From the NCBI GenBank assembly GCA_963833285.1, contig CAWHXM010000002.1:93446-157445 (forward strand): a stretch of 64,000 nt of DNA, given 5' to 3'. The notes below the pieces were generated by a model. The model was not told the DNA's origin and made no database searches. It saw only the letters and a list, made by a program, of their open reading frames with translations. This DNA is from an uncultured Chloroflexia bacterium (GTDB lineage: Bacteria > Chloroflexota > Limnocylindria > Limnocylindrales > CSP1-4). Each line of letters opens with the position of its first letter. The first letter of the stretch is position 1. This document shows, piece after piece, positions 37,043 to 46,290 of the stretch. Made by a program: the position numbers and the translations under genes.

Positions 37043-38737
37043 TCAGAACGTGGCGCGGCCGGCAACGGCCTGGAAGGTCAGGTACAGGCCGAGCCCGAAC
37101 ACGAGGACGGCCGCGCCAAGCGGGACGTAGCTGCTCACCCGGCCAAGCGACGACGTCGCATCGACGCGATCGAGGCGACCGCGGGCGAGCACCAGTACCA
37201 GGCCGATCCCGCCCATGACCAGGGCCATGCCGAGGCCGAATGCGACGACCAGGACGAACCCGAAGCCGGGCCGGCCGGCCGCGATCGATCCGAGCAGGAT
37301 GAGCAGGGCACTGGTCGAGGGGATGAGTCCGCCGGCGAGTCCAAGCACGAACAGGCTTCGCCACGAGATCGTCGTCCCGGCCGGTGGCAGGTGGCTGTGG
37401 GTGACGCCGCCGTGGGTGTGGACGCCGTCATCGCCGGCCGGCGTGGTCGCTTCGTGCGCCTCGGCGTGGTCGTGCGACTCAGCGTGGTCGTGGTCGTCGG
37501 CCTGCGCGTGGTCGTGGACGTGCCGTTGCGCGCTCGCGGCCGTCCTGGGGCGCCGGCGGCGACGCCCTTCGCCGACGAGCATCCAGCCACCGATCGCGAC
37601 GATCGAGATCGCCGCGACGATCGGCGCCGAGGTGACGACCAGGTCGGGCGACACGACGCCTTCCGCGCCGACGATCAGCGCGGCCAGCACCAGGATGCCG
37701 AGCGTGTGCGACACGGTGACCGACAACCCGAGCCCGGCAGCATGCAACGGTGTCCCGCGCGTCCCCACGAGATAGGCCGCCATCAGGGTCTTGCCGTGCC
37801 CCGGCGTCAAGGCGTGACCGGCCCCCAGCGCGGCCGCCGTCAGGATCGACACGAGCAGGACGACCGGCGACAGGTCCGCGGTCCGGAAGATCGCCGGCAC
37901 GTCGCCGCCGCCCACGCCGCCCGGCACCGCTTCGACATTGGCCGCCGCCGGGGCGGCGACGGCCGCCGCGGGCACGGCCGCCGCGGGTTCGGTCGTGGCG
38001 AGCGGGGAAGCCGTGCTCACCGGTTCGACGTCTCCGGCTCCCGGCACCGGCGTGGCGTCCGGGATGTCGAATGGCGGGAGCATCGTCCCGCCCGGCGTGA
38101 CGACGATGGCGACCGCCTTGTCCTCGAGCGCCTGGGTCAGCAGGTTCGTCGGGTACGTGGTGAGCCGGCCGGACGTCGTCGCGGATCGCAACGCGCCGCC
38201 GGCCCCGGCGACCGTCACGCCGGAACCCTGGACCACGATCTCGCGCCAGCCGAGGCGATCGGGGTTCGACCGGTCCGCGTAGGCCAGGCGGGCCCCGGCG
38301 GCCAGCGGGGCGAGGAGCGGAGCGGTGAAGCCGCACACGAGGCGCATCGTCGACAGCCCGCCCACGCCGGAAGGGAACGTCAAACCGGCCTCGTCGAGCG
38401 CGAACGGCAGTGGTCTTCCGTCCAGCGACAGGCTCAGCGAAGGCGCCAGTGCCTCGCACGCCGTGACGCGACCCGCGTCCGCCTCGTCGTCGGAGACCTC
38501 ACCGTCGCCGTCGGTGTCGAAGTCGAGGCGTGCCTGGAAGGTCGGGATCTCGGCCTGGTCGATGACGATGTCGAGCAGGATCCGCTCGGCCTCGACCCGG
38601 ATGCCCGCGTAGTGGTTGATGGTGAAGTTGCCGAGCGGGTGGGCGGACGCGACCGCGGGCAGGACCAGCAGCGCGAGCGCCGCCAGGCAGAGAGCCGCGC
38701 GTCGCGGCCGGCCTGAGCGTCGAGCGATCGTCGTCAT
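37043..38737 (-). CDS. Nickel/cobalt efflux (RcnA/NicO-like) permease fused to an N-terminal secreted domain
   Basis: Start set to ATG 38737 (MTTIARRSGRPRRAALCLAALALLVLPAVASA signal peptide; alternative ATG at 38764). The mature N-domain begins HPLGNFTINHY. The permease half contains HALTPGHGKT and the His-rich loop HVHDHAQADDHDHAESHDHAEAHE. Confidence 0.8.
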   Translation of the reverse strand: MTTIARRSGRPRRAALCLAALALLVLPAVASAHPLGNFTINHYAGIRVEAERILLDIVIDQAEIPTFQARLDFDTDGDGEVSDDEADAGRVTACEALAPSLSLSLDGRPLPFALDEAGLTFPSGVGGLSTMRLVCGFTAPLLAPLAAGARLAYADRSNPDRLGWREIVVQGSGVTVAGAGGALRSATTSGRLTTYPTNLLTQALEDKAVAIVVTPGGTMLPPFDIPDATPVPGAGDVEPVSTASPLATTEPAAAVPAAAVAAPAAANVEAVPGGVGGGDVPAIFRTADLSPVVLLVSILTAAALGAGHALTPGHGKTLMAAYLVGTRGTPLHAAGLGLSVTVSHTLGILVLAALIVGAEGVVSPDLVVTSAPIVAAISIVAIGGWMLVGEGRRRRRPRTAASAQRHVHDHAQADDHDHAESHDHAEAHEATTPAGDDGVHTHGGVTHSHLPPAGTTISWRSLFVLGLAGGLIPSTSALLILLGSIAAGRPGFGFVLVVAFGLGMALVMGGIGLVLVLARGRLDRVDATSSLGRVSSYVPLGAAVLVFGLGLYLTFQAVAGRATF

Positions 38738-38845
38738 CGTGTGGCGTCCCGGATCATGCGGCATATCTTCACGGTTGCGGCGCACATCGACCGGCGGTGG
38801 CCTCCTCGCGCCTGCCCAACGGATACGCGCCACGCGCCGGCATGG

Positions 38846-39571
38846 ATGATGGCCGGTGCGGGCACCGTCGTCGGCTACACTCGCGACGTGACTCGTCCCG
38901 GGGCCCAGCCGCGCGGCTGGTTCATCACCATCGAAGGGCCCGAAGGTTCCGGCAAGACGACCCAGGCCGCGGCCCTCGCGAGCCATCTCGCCAGCCGCGG
39001 TCTCGACGTCCATGTCACCCGCGAGCCAGGCGGGACATGGCTCGGTGAACGCCTCCGTGACGTCCTCCTGGCCCGGACGGGGACGACCGCGGCGACCGAT
39101 CCGTTGACCGACGCACTCCTGTTCAACGCGGCGCGGCGGCAGCTCGTGACCGAGGTCGTGCGTCCTGCACTCGCCGCCGGCCGAACAGTGCTCTGCGCGC
39201 GGTTCGCCGATTCGACGCTGGCGTATCAGGGCTACGGCGCCGGGGTCGCGCTCGAGCGGCTGCGGGCGCTCGAGGAGGCCGCCACGGACGGCCTCAGGCC
39301 GGATCTCACCATCCTGCTCGACATCGCGGTCGACGACGGGCTGGCGCGGAAGGCACCCGGCGACGTGACCCGCTTCGAGGCCGAGTTCGATCTCGCGTTC
39401 CACCGCCGGGTCCGCGACGGGTTCCTGGCCCTGGCCGCCGCCGAGCCGGGCCGGTTCGCGGTCGTCGATGCCGCGCCCGCCAGTCCGGAGGTCACGCTCG
39501 CCGTCGCCGCCGCGGCCGACCGGCTGGTCGGTTCCGGTGAACCGAATCCACTGCCGGCACGCACACCGTAG
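38846..39571 (+). CDS. tmk: Thymidylate kinase
   Basis: FITIEGPEGSGKTT P-loop, TREPGGT, and the DRF/ADS-type motif ARFADSTLAYQG. The start is uncertain: ATG 38846 or 38849, or GTG 38888. Confidence 0.9.
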   Translation: MMAGAGTVVGYTRDVTRPGAQPRGWFITIEGPEGSGKTTQAAALASHLASRGLDVHVTREPGGTWLGERLRDVLLARTGTTAATDPLTDALLFNAARRQLVTEVVRPALAAGRTVLCARFADSTLAYQGYGAGVALERLRALEEAATDGLRPDLTILLDIAVDDGLARKAPGDVTRFEAEFDLAFHRRVRDGFLALAAAEPGRFAVVDAAPASPEVTLAVAAAADRLVGSGEPNPLPARTP

Positions 39572-40168
39572 GTGAGCCAGCTGGACCCGTCGTCCCGACT
39601 CAGGGTCGCGTCCTCGGTGGACGAGGCCGATCGGGCCGTGCTCGTGCGTCTGGCCGATGGAGAGCTCGATGCTCTCGGGGACCTGTATGACCGTTACAAG
39701 ACGATGGCCTTCTCGATCGCATACCGGATCACCAATGACGCCACCCTCGCCGAGGACGTCGTCCAGGAGGCCTTCCTGGGCGCCTGGCGCAATGCGGCGC
39801 GCTACATCGAAGGTCGGGGCAGCGTGAAGACCTGGCTGCTGGCGATCGTCCACCACCGTGCGATCGACGCCGTCCGGCGGCGCCGGACGACGACCGAGCT
39901 GCCCGACCTCGAGCTCCCGCCGCCGGAGGCGTTCCGGGCTCCGGACGTATGGGCGGAGGTCGCATCGGGCCTCGATGCCGACGCGGTGCAGGGCGCCCTT
40001 GCAACGCTGTCGGACGTCCAGCGCGAGGCCATCGAGCTCGCCTACTTCAGCGGGATGACCCAGCAGGAGATCGCGGACCGGACGGCGACGCCGTTGGGGA
40101 CGGTCAAGAGCCGGATGCGCCTCGGTCTGATGGCGATGCGGCGGCACCTCGAGGCGGGGTCCACATGA
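39572..40168 (+). CDS. ECF-type RNA polymerase sigma factor (SigK-like)
   Basis: 198 aa. The GTG immediately follows the tmk stop. Region 2 reads AEDVVQEAFLGAWRNAARY and region 4 reads MTQQEIADRTATPLGTVKSRMRLG. Confidence 0.9.
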   Translation: MSQLDPSSRLRVASSVDEADRAVLVRLADGELDALGDLYDRYKTMAFSIAYRITNDATLAEDVVQEAFLGAWRNAARYIEGRGSVKTWLLAIVHHRAIDAVRRRRTTTELPDLELPPPEAFRAPDVWAEVASGLDADAVQGALATLSDVQREAIELAYFSGMTQQEIADRTATPLGTVKSRMRLGLMAMRRHLEAGST

Positions 40169-41028
40169 GCGAGCCCGAAGCCGTGCGGGACCTGACCTGC
40201 GACGAGGTCCGCGAGCGGGCGGGCGCCTTCGTGCTGGGCGCCCTCGCGTCAGCCGACGAGGCCGCGGTGCGCACGCACCTCGCCAGTTGCACCGAAGCCC
40301 ACGAGGAGATCGCGGAGCTCGGCGGCGTGCTCCCGGTCCTGGCCGAGAGCGTGCCGGTCGTCGAGCCACCGGATGGCCTGCGGGCGCGGATCCTGGCCGC
40401 GGCGGCGGAGGAGCTGGCGTCTCGTTCCGTGGTGGCGCCAGCTCCGTCGTCGGAAGCCGTTCCGGTGGCTGAAGCCCCCGCGGCCGGTGCGGCGGTGACG
40501 ACGGCCTTCCCCGGGCCGGAGGAGCGCGAGGCCCGACGTGGCCGCCGAACCTCGACGGGCGCCTGGTTCCTGCGCATCGCGGCGGTCGTCGCGATCGTCG
40601 CGCTGGGCGGGCTGAGCCTCCTGCTCGGTGTCCAGCTCAACGCCGCGCGCTCGTATGAGGACGGGGTGGCGTCCGTGCTGGAGGTGGCGGCCCAGCCCGG
40701 GTCGCTCACGGCGATCCTGACGGCGGACGGCGGGACCGGTTCCGGCCTGGCCGCGGTCAGCGCCTCGGGGGCGGTCACGATCGCGATGCAGGCGCTCGCG
40801 CCGACCTCTGGCAACGAGGTCTACGAGGCGTGGGTCATCGCGGGGAACAACGCGCCGGTCCCGCTCGGCAGCTTCACCGTCGGCAACGCGGGGACGGCCG
40901 TGTTCGAGGGATCGGGGCTGCCGACGACCGGTCCGCTCGTCCTCGCCCTCACGCGCGAGCCGGGCCCGGGCGCCACGGCGCCGACCCTGCCGATCATCTC
41001 GAAGGGCGTCGCGACCGGCGCCGGCTGA
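40165..41028 (+). CDS. Anti-sigma factor, RskA-like (single TM)
   Basis: ATG 40165 overlaps the sigma stop (ATGA). It has an N-terminal anti-sigma domain (CDEVRERAGAFVLGAL...HLASCTEAHEE), a TM segment (WFLRIAAVVAIVALGGLSLLL) and an RskA-type C-domain (NEVYEAWVIAGNNAPVPLGSF). Confidence 0.85.
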   Translation: MSEPEAVRDLTCDEVRERAGAFVLGALASADEAAVRTHLASCTEAHEEIAELGGVLPVLAESVPVVEPPDGLRARILAAAAEELASRSVVAPAPSSEAVPVAEAPAAGAAVTTAFPGPEEREARRGRRTSTGAWFLRIAAVVAIVALGGLSLLLGVQLNAARSYEDGVASVLEVAAQPGSLTAILTADGGTGSGLAAVSASGAVTIAMQALAPTSGNEVYEAWVIAGNNAPVPLGSFTVGNAGTAVFEGSGLPTTGPLVLALTREPGPGATAPTLPIISKGVATGAG

Positions 41029-41081
41029 CGGCCGGGAAGGTTCGCGGCCGCGCCCCGACCAGTCGGCCCCCGAACCGCGGC

Positions 41082-42101
41082 TCAACCGGCCGGTGCGATC
41101 CCCGTCGCGACCGAGCCCCGGCCCTCCTCGCGCGCCCGCGCGAGGCCGGACTTCGCTGCCGCGATCAACGCATCGGCATCCCCGCCGTCGACCGGGAAGC
41201 GAGCGACGCCGGCCGAGATCGTGATCTGCCGGCCACCGACCGGCGGGAGGGCCGCGATCCCGTCGAGGACGCGTCGCGCGACCGTCATCCCGGCCGATCC
41301 CGGCGCAACGAGGACGAACTCGTCGCCACCGATCCGCCCGACCGTGTCGACCAGCCGGACCGACTCGGCGAGGACCGCGGCGACGCGTCGCAGGACGTCG
41401 TCGCCCGCCTCGTTGCCGCTGTCGCGGTTCGTCGCCTGGAAGTCGTCGACATCGAACATGGCGAACGAGACCTCGCTGCCCTGGCGACCCGCGCGGGCCA
41501 GCTCGAGCTCGAGGATGCGGCCGATCGTGCGCGCGTTGGCCAGGCCGGTCAGCGGGTCGGTGTGGGCCATCCGCTCGAACCACTCGGAGCGCTCGGCCGC
41601 CGTCGAGGCAAGCCGGTCGCGATCGATCGCCACGGCGGCCAGCGCGGCGAGCGCGGTCAGCGTCTCGCGTTCGGTGGCATCGAGCACCCGTGATCCCGCC
41701 CAACCGAAGCCGATCGACCCGAGCGGGACGTCCAGCCCTCGGCTCGAGACGATGAGCGGCAGGTAGGCTCCGACGAAGGACGACCCGTCCGGCATCGTCG
41801 CTTCCCGGTCGAACGTCGCGGTTCGGGCATTCGCGGCGACGCTGAACGGATGGGCCGGATCGGCCACTTCACCCGCCAGCCGCGCGGTCGACAGCTCGTC
41901 CATGCCGTGCGCTGCGGCGAGCTGGAGTCCGGGTCGGTCCGGATCCGAGATGAAGATCGCGCCCATCACCGGCCGGAGCGCCGTCGCGCCCGCCGTGAGG
42001 ACGCCGTCGAGGACGGCGTCGAGGTCGCCGCGTCCGGCGACCGCCTCGATGGCACCGGGGAGGGAGGCGCGGGGATCGCTGGGCTGGTCGTCGGTCGACA
42101 C
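41082..42101 (-). CDS. GAF domain-containing diguanylate cyclase (GGDEF)
   Basis: Start set to GTG 42101, with AGGAG 7 nt upstream. The C-terminal part contains DPLTGLANAR...FDVDDFQATN...RIGGDEFVLV. Confidence 0.88.
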   Translation of the reverse strand: MSTDDQPSDPRASLPGAIEAVAGRGDLDAVLDGVLTAGATALRPVMGAIFISDPDRPGLQLAAAHGMDELSTARLAGEVADPAHPFSVAANARTATFDREATMPDGSSFVGAYLPLIVSSRGLDVPLGSIGFGWAGSRVLDATERETLTALAALAAVAIDRDRLASTAAERSEWFERMAHTDPLTGLANARTIGRILELELARAGRQGSEVSFAMFDVDDFQATNRDSGNEAGDDVLRRVAAVLAESVRLVDTVGRIGGDEFVLVAPGSAGMTVARRVLDGIAALPPVGGRQITISAGVARFPVDGGDADALIAAAKSGLARAREEGRGSVATGIAPAG

Positions 42102-42213
42102 AAGGGACTCCTGCACGCGTCTGGATCGTCGGAGGCCGCATCGTACACCAGCGTCCCGGCCAGACCGCCGATCCCCGTTGACCCCGGTCGCACGGGGCGT
42201 CGATACTCCGCGC

Positions 42214-42544
42214 GTGAAGCTCGTCGTCGCCATCGTCCACAGCGAGGATGCCGAGCGCCCTCGTCAACGCCCTGCTCGACAAGGAGTTCCGGGCGACCCG
42301 GCTGCAGAGCTCCGGCGGGTTCCTCAAGCAGTCGAACGCCACGATCATCCTCGGGGTCGAGGAGTCGGACGTGGACGAGGTCATGGACATCGTGCGCACG
42401 AACTGCACGTCGCGGACGCAGGTCGTCAACCCGATGCCGCCGATCATGGAGCCCGGCGAGTTCTTCATGCCGTACCCACTCGAGGTCGAGGTGGGTGGCG
42501 CGACCGTGTTCGTCCTGCCGGTCGAGCGGTTCGAACGACTCTGA
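42214..42544 (+). pseudogene. darA: Cyclic-di-AMP receptor DarA (YaaQ/PII-like), interrupted by a 1-nt insertion (possibly an assembly artefact)
   Basis: GTG 42214 gives VKLVVAIVHSEDAER and then leaves frame. Dropping one C of CCC 42258-42260 joins it to LVNALLDKEFRATRLQSSGGFLKQSNATIILGVEE...PYPLEVEVGGATVFVLPVERFERL. The restored product is 109 aa, collinear with my recollection of B. subtilis YaaQ/DarA. Confidence 0.85.
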
Positions 42545-42590
42545 CCCGGGAACGACTGCACCGCGTCGCGCGCCGGGCTACGCTGCGCAC

Positions 42591-43130
42591 GTGAGCCCCT
42601 TTCGCCCCGACCTGGTCGACTGCTGGATGTTCCGTGTCGGGCGCACCGCTCGCGACATCGCGAGGCCGGAGATCCTGCTCATCCGACGCGCCCCCGGACG
42701 GATCTTGCCCGGCCTCTGGCAATGCGTCTCCGGGTCGCTCGAGCCCGGCGAGCGGGTCGCGCTCGGTGCCCTGCGCGAGCTGGCCGAGGAGACCGGCTTC
42801 GGGCCGGCGGACATCGAGGGCTTCTACGACCTGGATCTCGTCAACCAGTTCCACGAGCCGTCGGTCGACGGGATCGTCACGGCGGCGGTGTTCGCGGTCC
42901 GGCTCCACGTGGACGCCGAGCCGCGCCTCTCGAACGAGCATGACGGCGCGCACTGGCACGCTCTCGAGGAGGCGCATCAGCAGGTCATCTGGCCCGGCTA
43001 CCGGACCGCGATCGAACGGATCCGCGACGACCTGTCCGACCCCGACCGAGCCGTCTGGTTCGAGCTGACCCTGGCCGGCGACCGGAACGAGGCGACCCAG
43101 CGCCCACGGGTGGCGCCCAGGATCGACTGA
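42591..43130 (+). CDS. NUDIX hydrolase
   Basis: GTG 42591. It has a perfect Nudix box, GSLEPGERVALGALRELAEETGF (Gx5Ex7REx2EExG). The upstream part of the 426-aa track ORF is shadow sequence. Confidence 0.85.
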   Translation: MSPFRPDLVDCWMFRVGRTARDIARPEILLIRRAPGRILPGLWQCVSGSLEPGERVALGALRELAEETGFGPADIEGFYDLDLVNQFHEPSVDGIVTAAVFAVRLHVDAEPRLSNEHDGAHWHALEEAHQQVIWPGYRTAIERIRDDLSDPDRAVWFELTLAGDRNEATQRPRVAPRID

Positions 43131-43167
43131 CCGCGCAGGGCGGCGGCGCCGCGCACCGGCCCGAGGC

Positions 43168-44037
43168 TCAGAAGACCTCGGGCACGAAGGTCTGGTCGGA
43201 CATCGGCGGTCGGACGTAGCCTCGATCGGGCTGACGGGGCGGCAGCACGATCGGCTCGGGTGTCAGGTCCTCGTAGGCGATGAGGCTCAGGAAATGGTGG
43301 ATGACATTGAGCCTGGCGCGCTTCTTGTCGTCGGCATCGACCACGAACCAGGGCGCCTGCTTGATGTCCGTGTGCGCGAACATCTCGTCCTTCGCCATCG
43401 AGTACTCGACCCAGCGGGCACGTGACTGGAGGTCCATGGGGCTCAGCTTCCAGCGCTTCGTCGGGTCGGCGAGCCGGGCCTGGAAGCGTCGCTCCTGTTC
43501 GTCGTCGCTGACCGAGAACCAGTACTTGACGAGCATGATCCCGGACCGGACGAGCATCCGCTCGAACTCGGGGCAGGAGCGCATGAACTCCTGGTACTCC
43601 TCATCGGTGCAGAAGCCCATGACGCGCTCGACGCCGGCCCGGTTGTACCAGCTGCGATCGAACAGGACCATCTCGCCGGCTGCCGGCAGGTGCGCGACGT
43701 AGCGCTGGAAATACCATTGCGAGGCCTCGCGCTCCGAGGGCGCCGGAAGGGCGGCGACCCTGGCGTACCTCGGGTTGAGCGAGAGCGTGAACGTCTTGAT
43801 CGCGCCGCCCTTGCCGGCCGCGTCCCGGCCCTCGAACAGGATGACGACCTTGAGGCCGCGGGCCTTGATCCACTCCTGGCACCGCACCAGCTCGATCTGG
43901 AGTTTGGCGAGCTCCTCGCGATAGGTGTGTCCGGGGATGGTTCGTACTCTGGCCCCCACCGACTCGACCGGCGGATCCGGCCAGACAGGCGCGAGGTCGA
44001 CATCCTGTTGTGCTCGTTTGGTCCCGGTCTTCGCCAT
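43168..44037 (-). CDS. ppk2: Polyphosphate kinase 2
   Basis: 289 aa. FEGRDAAGKGG Walker A, then YFQRY, FDRSWYNR and WKLSPMD, which are hallmark PPK2 motifs. Confidence 0.93.
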   Translation of the reverse strand: MAKTGTKRAQQDVDLAPVWPDPPVESVGARVRTIPGHTYREELAKLQIELVRCQEWIKARGLKVVILFEGRDAAGKGGAIKTFTLSLNPRYARVAALPAPSEREASQWYFQRYVAHLPAAGEMVLFDRSWYNRAGVERVMGFCTDEEYQEFMRSCPEFERMLVRSGIMLVKYWFSVSDDEQERRFQARLADPTKRWKLSPMDLQSRARWVEYSMAKDEMFAHTDIKQAPWFVVDADDKKRARLNVIHHFLSLIAYEDLTPEPIVLPPRQPDRGYVRPPMSDQTFVPEVF

Positions 44038-44130
44038 GACGTCACCTCCGCGTGCGGCACCAGTATCCCCCGCGCGGGTGCCTCGGATAGACTGGGCGTG
44101 ACGTCAGCGACGACGCGAACGGAGGGTCAG

Positions 44131-45327
44131 GTGATCGACCGAACCGAGGCACTCGAGATCGGCGACCCGCGTCAGCCGGCGAGTCGACGGATCTTCCACT
44201 CCAAGGTGGACACGATCAGGCCGACCTACGGCTTCGAGGACGTCTCGCTCGCTCCGGGCACCGACACAATCGAACCAACCGATGTCGATCTGGCCCAGAC
44301 CTTCTGCGGCATCGACATGGCGATCCCGATCCTCGCGTCGGCGATGGACGCGGTCGTGGATGCGCGGATGGCCGGCGCGCTCGCTCGTCTCGGCGGGCTC
44401 GCCGTCCTGAACCTCGAGGGTGTCCAGGCGCGCTATGACGACCCCGACGCGATCCTCGAGAGGATCGCGACGGCCGACGACGCCGACCTCGGGACGCTCC
44501 TCGCCGATGCGTACCAGCAACCGATCCGTGAGGAGCTCATCGCGCGGCGGCTCGATGAGATCCATGCCGCGGGTTCGAAGGCCGCGGTGGCCGCGACGCC
44601 CGCCGCCGCGCGCCGCCTCGGACCGTTCTGCGCGGAGCGTGGCGCGGACCTGTTCCTCGTCCAGAGCCAAGTGTCGTCGGCGCGTCACCTGGCGACCGAG
44701 TACGACCCGCTGTCGCTCGAGGCGTTCACCCGCTACATGCCGATCCCGGTCGCGGTCGGCAACACGACCAACGCGGAGGCCGCGTTCGCGCTCATGGAAC
44801 AGGGCGCCGCGGCGGTCTTCGTCGGCGTCGGGCCCGGGGCCGCGTGCACGACCCGCGAGGTCCTCGGCATCGGCGTCCCGCAGGTCACCGCGATCAGCGA
44901 CGTGGCCGCCGCGCGCGACGCGTTCTTCACCGAGACCGGCCGCTACGTCCCGGTCGTCGCCGACGGTGGGATGCGTCGCGGTGGCGAGCTGGCCAAGGCG
45001 ATCGCCGCCGGGGCCGACGTGCTGATGATCGGCTCGCCGCTGGCGCGTGCGGACGAGGCGCCCGGCCGCGGCACCAACTGGGGGATGGCTGCGCCGTCGC
45101 CGACCCTGCCGCGCGGGACGCGGATCCGCGTCGGAACCGTCGGGACGCTGGAGCGCATCCTGCTCGGCCCGGCGCACGTGACCGACGGCTCGGAGAACCT
45201 CGTCGGCGCGCTCCGCCAGTCGATGGCGGCGCTCGGCGCCCCGACGATCCGGGACATGCAGCGCGTCGAGATGGTCTATGCGCCGTCGACGCAGACCGAG
45301 GGCAAGTCCTGGCAGCGGGGTCGCTGA
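44131..45327 (+). CDS. guaB3: GuaB3-type IMP dehydrogenase-related protein
   Basis: GTG 44131 with GGAGGG upstream. The product is a TIM-barrel IMPDH family member without a CBS insert: YGFEDVSLAPG, ILASAMDAV, VADGGMRRGGELAKAIAAGADVLMIGS. Confidence 0.88.
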   Translation: MIDRTEALEIGDPRQPASRRIFHSKVDTIRPTYGFEDVSLAPGTDTIEPTDVDLAQTFCGIDMAIPILASAMDAVVDARMAGALARLGGLAVLNLEGVQARYDDPDAILERIATADDADLGTLLADAYQQPIREELIARRLDEIHAAGSKAAVAATPAAARRLGPFCAERGADLFLVQSQVSSARHLATEYDPLSLEAFTRYMPIPVAVGNTTNAEAAFALMEQGAAAVFVGVGPGAACTTREVLGIGVPQVTAISDVAAARDAFFTETGRYVPVVADGGMRRGGELAKAIAAGADVLMIGSPLARADEAPGRGTNWGMAAPSPTLPRGTRIRVGTVGTLERILLGPAHVTDGSENLVGALRQSMAALGAPTIRDMQRVEMVYAPSTQTEGKSWQRGR

Positions 45328-45347
45328 CGACGGCCGATCGCGATGCG

Positions 45348-45704
45348 ATGGAGGACGAGCTCGTCGCCTCGGGTCGGTTCGTGCGGATCGAGATGCACGG
45401 CGCCGTGAGCGGCGCAGCCCGAGCGGTGACCGTCGGGTTCATCGAGGACGGGGGCGGCCCGCCCGGTGCGATCCTCGTGGCTGCCGGGTCGGCCGATGCC
45501 GCGTGGGCGGCGAACCTGCTGGCCGATCCCGCCTGTCACGTCCGGACGGGCGCGCTCGCCTTCGATGCGGTTGCCGAGCCGCTCGAAGCGGCCGAGCACG
45601 CGCGCGCGATCCGCGGCCTCATCCTTCGCTACGGGACCCCGGCCGAGGGCCTCGGCCGCGGACCGTCGTTCCGCCTCAGGCCGGTCGCGGGCGCGACGCC
45701 GTGA
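45348..45704 (+). CDS. DUF385/deazaflavin-dependent nitroreductase-like protein (short)
   Basis: ILVAAGSADAAWAANLLADPACHVRTGALAFDAVAEPLEAAEHARAI resembles the xxASxGGxxxHPAWYxNLxANPxVxV core. The start is uncertain: ATG 45348 or an upstream non-ATG codon. Confidence 0.55.
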   Translation: MEDELVASGRFVRIEMHGAVSGAARAVTVGFIEDGGGPPGAILVAAGSADAAWAANLLADPACHVRTGALAFDAVAEPLEAAEHARAIRGLILRYGTPAEGLGRGPSFRLRPVAGATP

Positions 45705-46153
45705 CGATCAAGGTCGACGTCGAGACGCGCATCGGGCGCCCGCCGGCCGACGTGTTCGCCGCGCTGGCGGACGTGGAGCGCTACCCGGAATGGCTCATCG
45801 CCTCCGGGGTCGTGCGGGTCGAGCGGCTCGACGCCGGCCCCCTTGCTGCCGGTTCGCGTGTGCGCATCGCGCAGACCGTCGCCGGGCGCTCGACCGTCCT
45901 CGACGGCAGCGTCACGGTCCTCGCTCCCGGCGCGGCGTTCGGGCTTCGCGGCAAGGATCGCGAGGGCGTGTCGGTCGAGATCGATGCGGTCATGGCCACC
46001 GACGATCAGGCCACGCGTCTGCGATGGTCGGTCACGGTCGGCCTGCCGCTCCGCTTCCGGATGTTCGAATCGATGGTCGCGCCGCAGGCCAGACGGGCCG
46101 CGGCGCTCGACCTCGAAGCGCTCAAGCGCCGGCTGGAGTCGGCCGGGGGCTGA
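45701..46153 (+). CDS. SRPBCC (polyketide cyclase/START-like) family protein
   Basis: GTG 45701 overlaps the upstream stop (GTGA). VETRIGRPPADVFAALADVERYPEWL is the typical SRPBCC N-terminus. Confidence 0.75.
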   Translation: MTIKVDVETRIGRPPADVFAALADVERYPEWLIASGVVRVERLDAGPLAAGSRVRIAQTVAGRSTVLDGSVTVLAPGAAFGLRGKDREGVSVEIDAVMATDDQATRLRWSVTVGLPLRFRMFESMVAPQARRAAALDLEALKRRLESAGG

Positions 46154-46290
46154 CCCTCGTCCGCGCGTCGGGTGGACATCCGTCCATCCGGATCCGGGGT
46201 CGCATGCCGATGGCCCCGGCCGGTCGCCGCGCCTACCTTCGTGTCATCGGGCTCCCATGAAGTGGAGACCGAGGGAAGGAGTCAGGCGTC

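Noticed and set aside
38738-40369. N-terminal 540 codons of the 1108-aa minus-strand ORF
   Set aside because: This part is antisense to tmk and the ECF sigma gene. The real transporter starts at the signal peptide (ATG 38737). The upstream part is Arg/Pro-rich junk.
43690-44130. N-terminal extension of the 545-aa ORF containing guaB3
   Set aside because: It overlaps PPK2 on the opposite strand. GuaB3 homology begins at GTG 44131, which has a GGAGGG SD.
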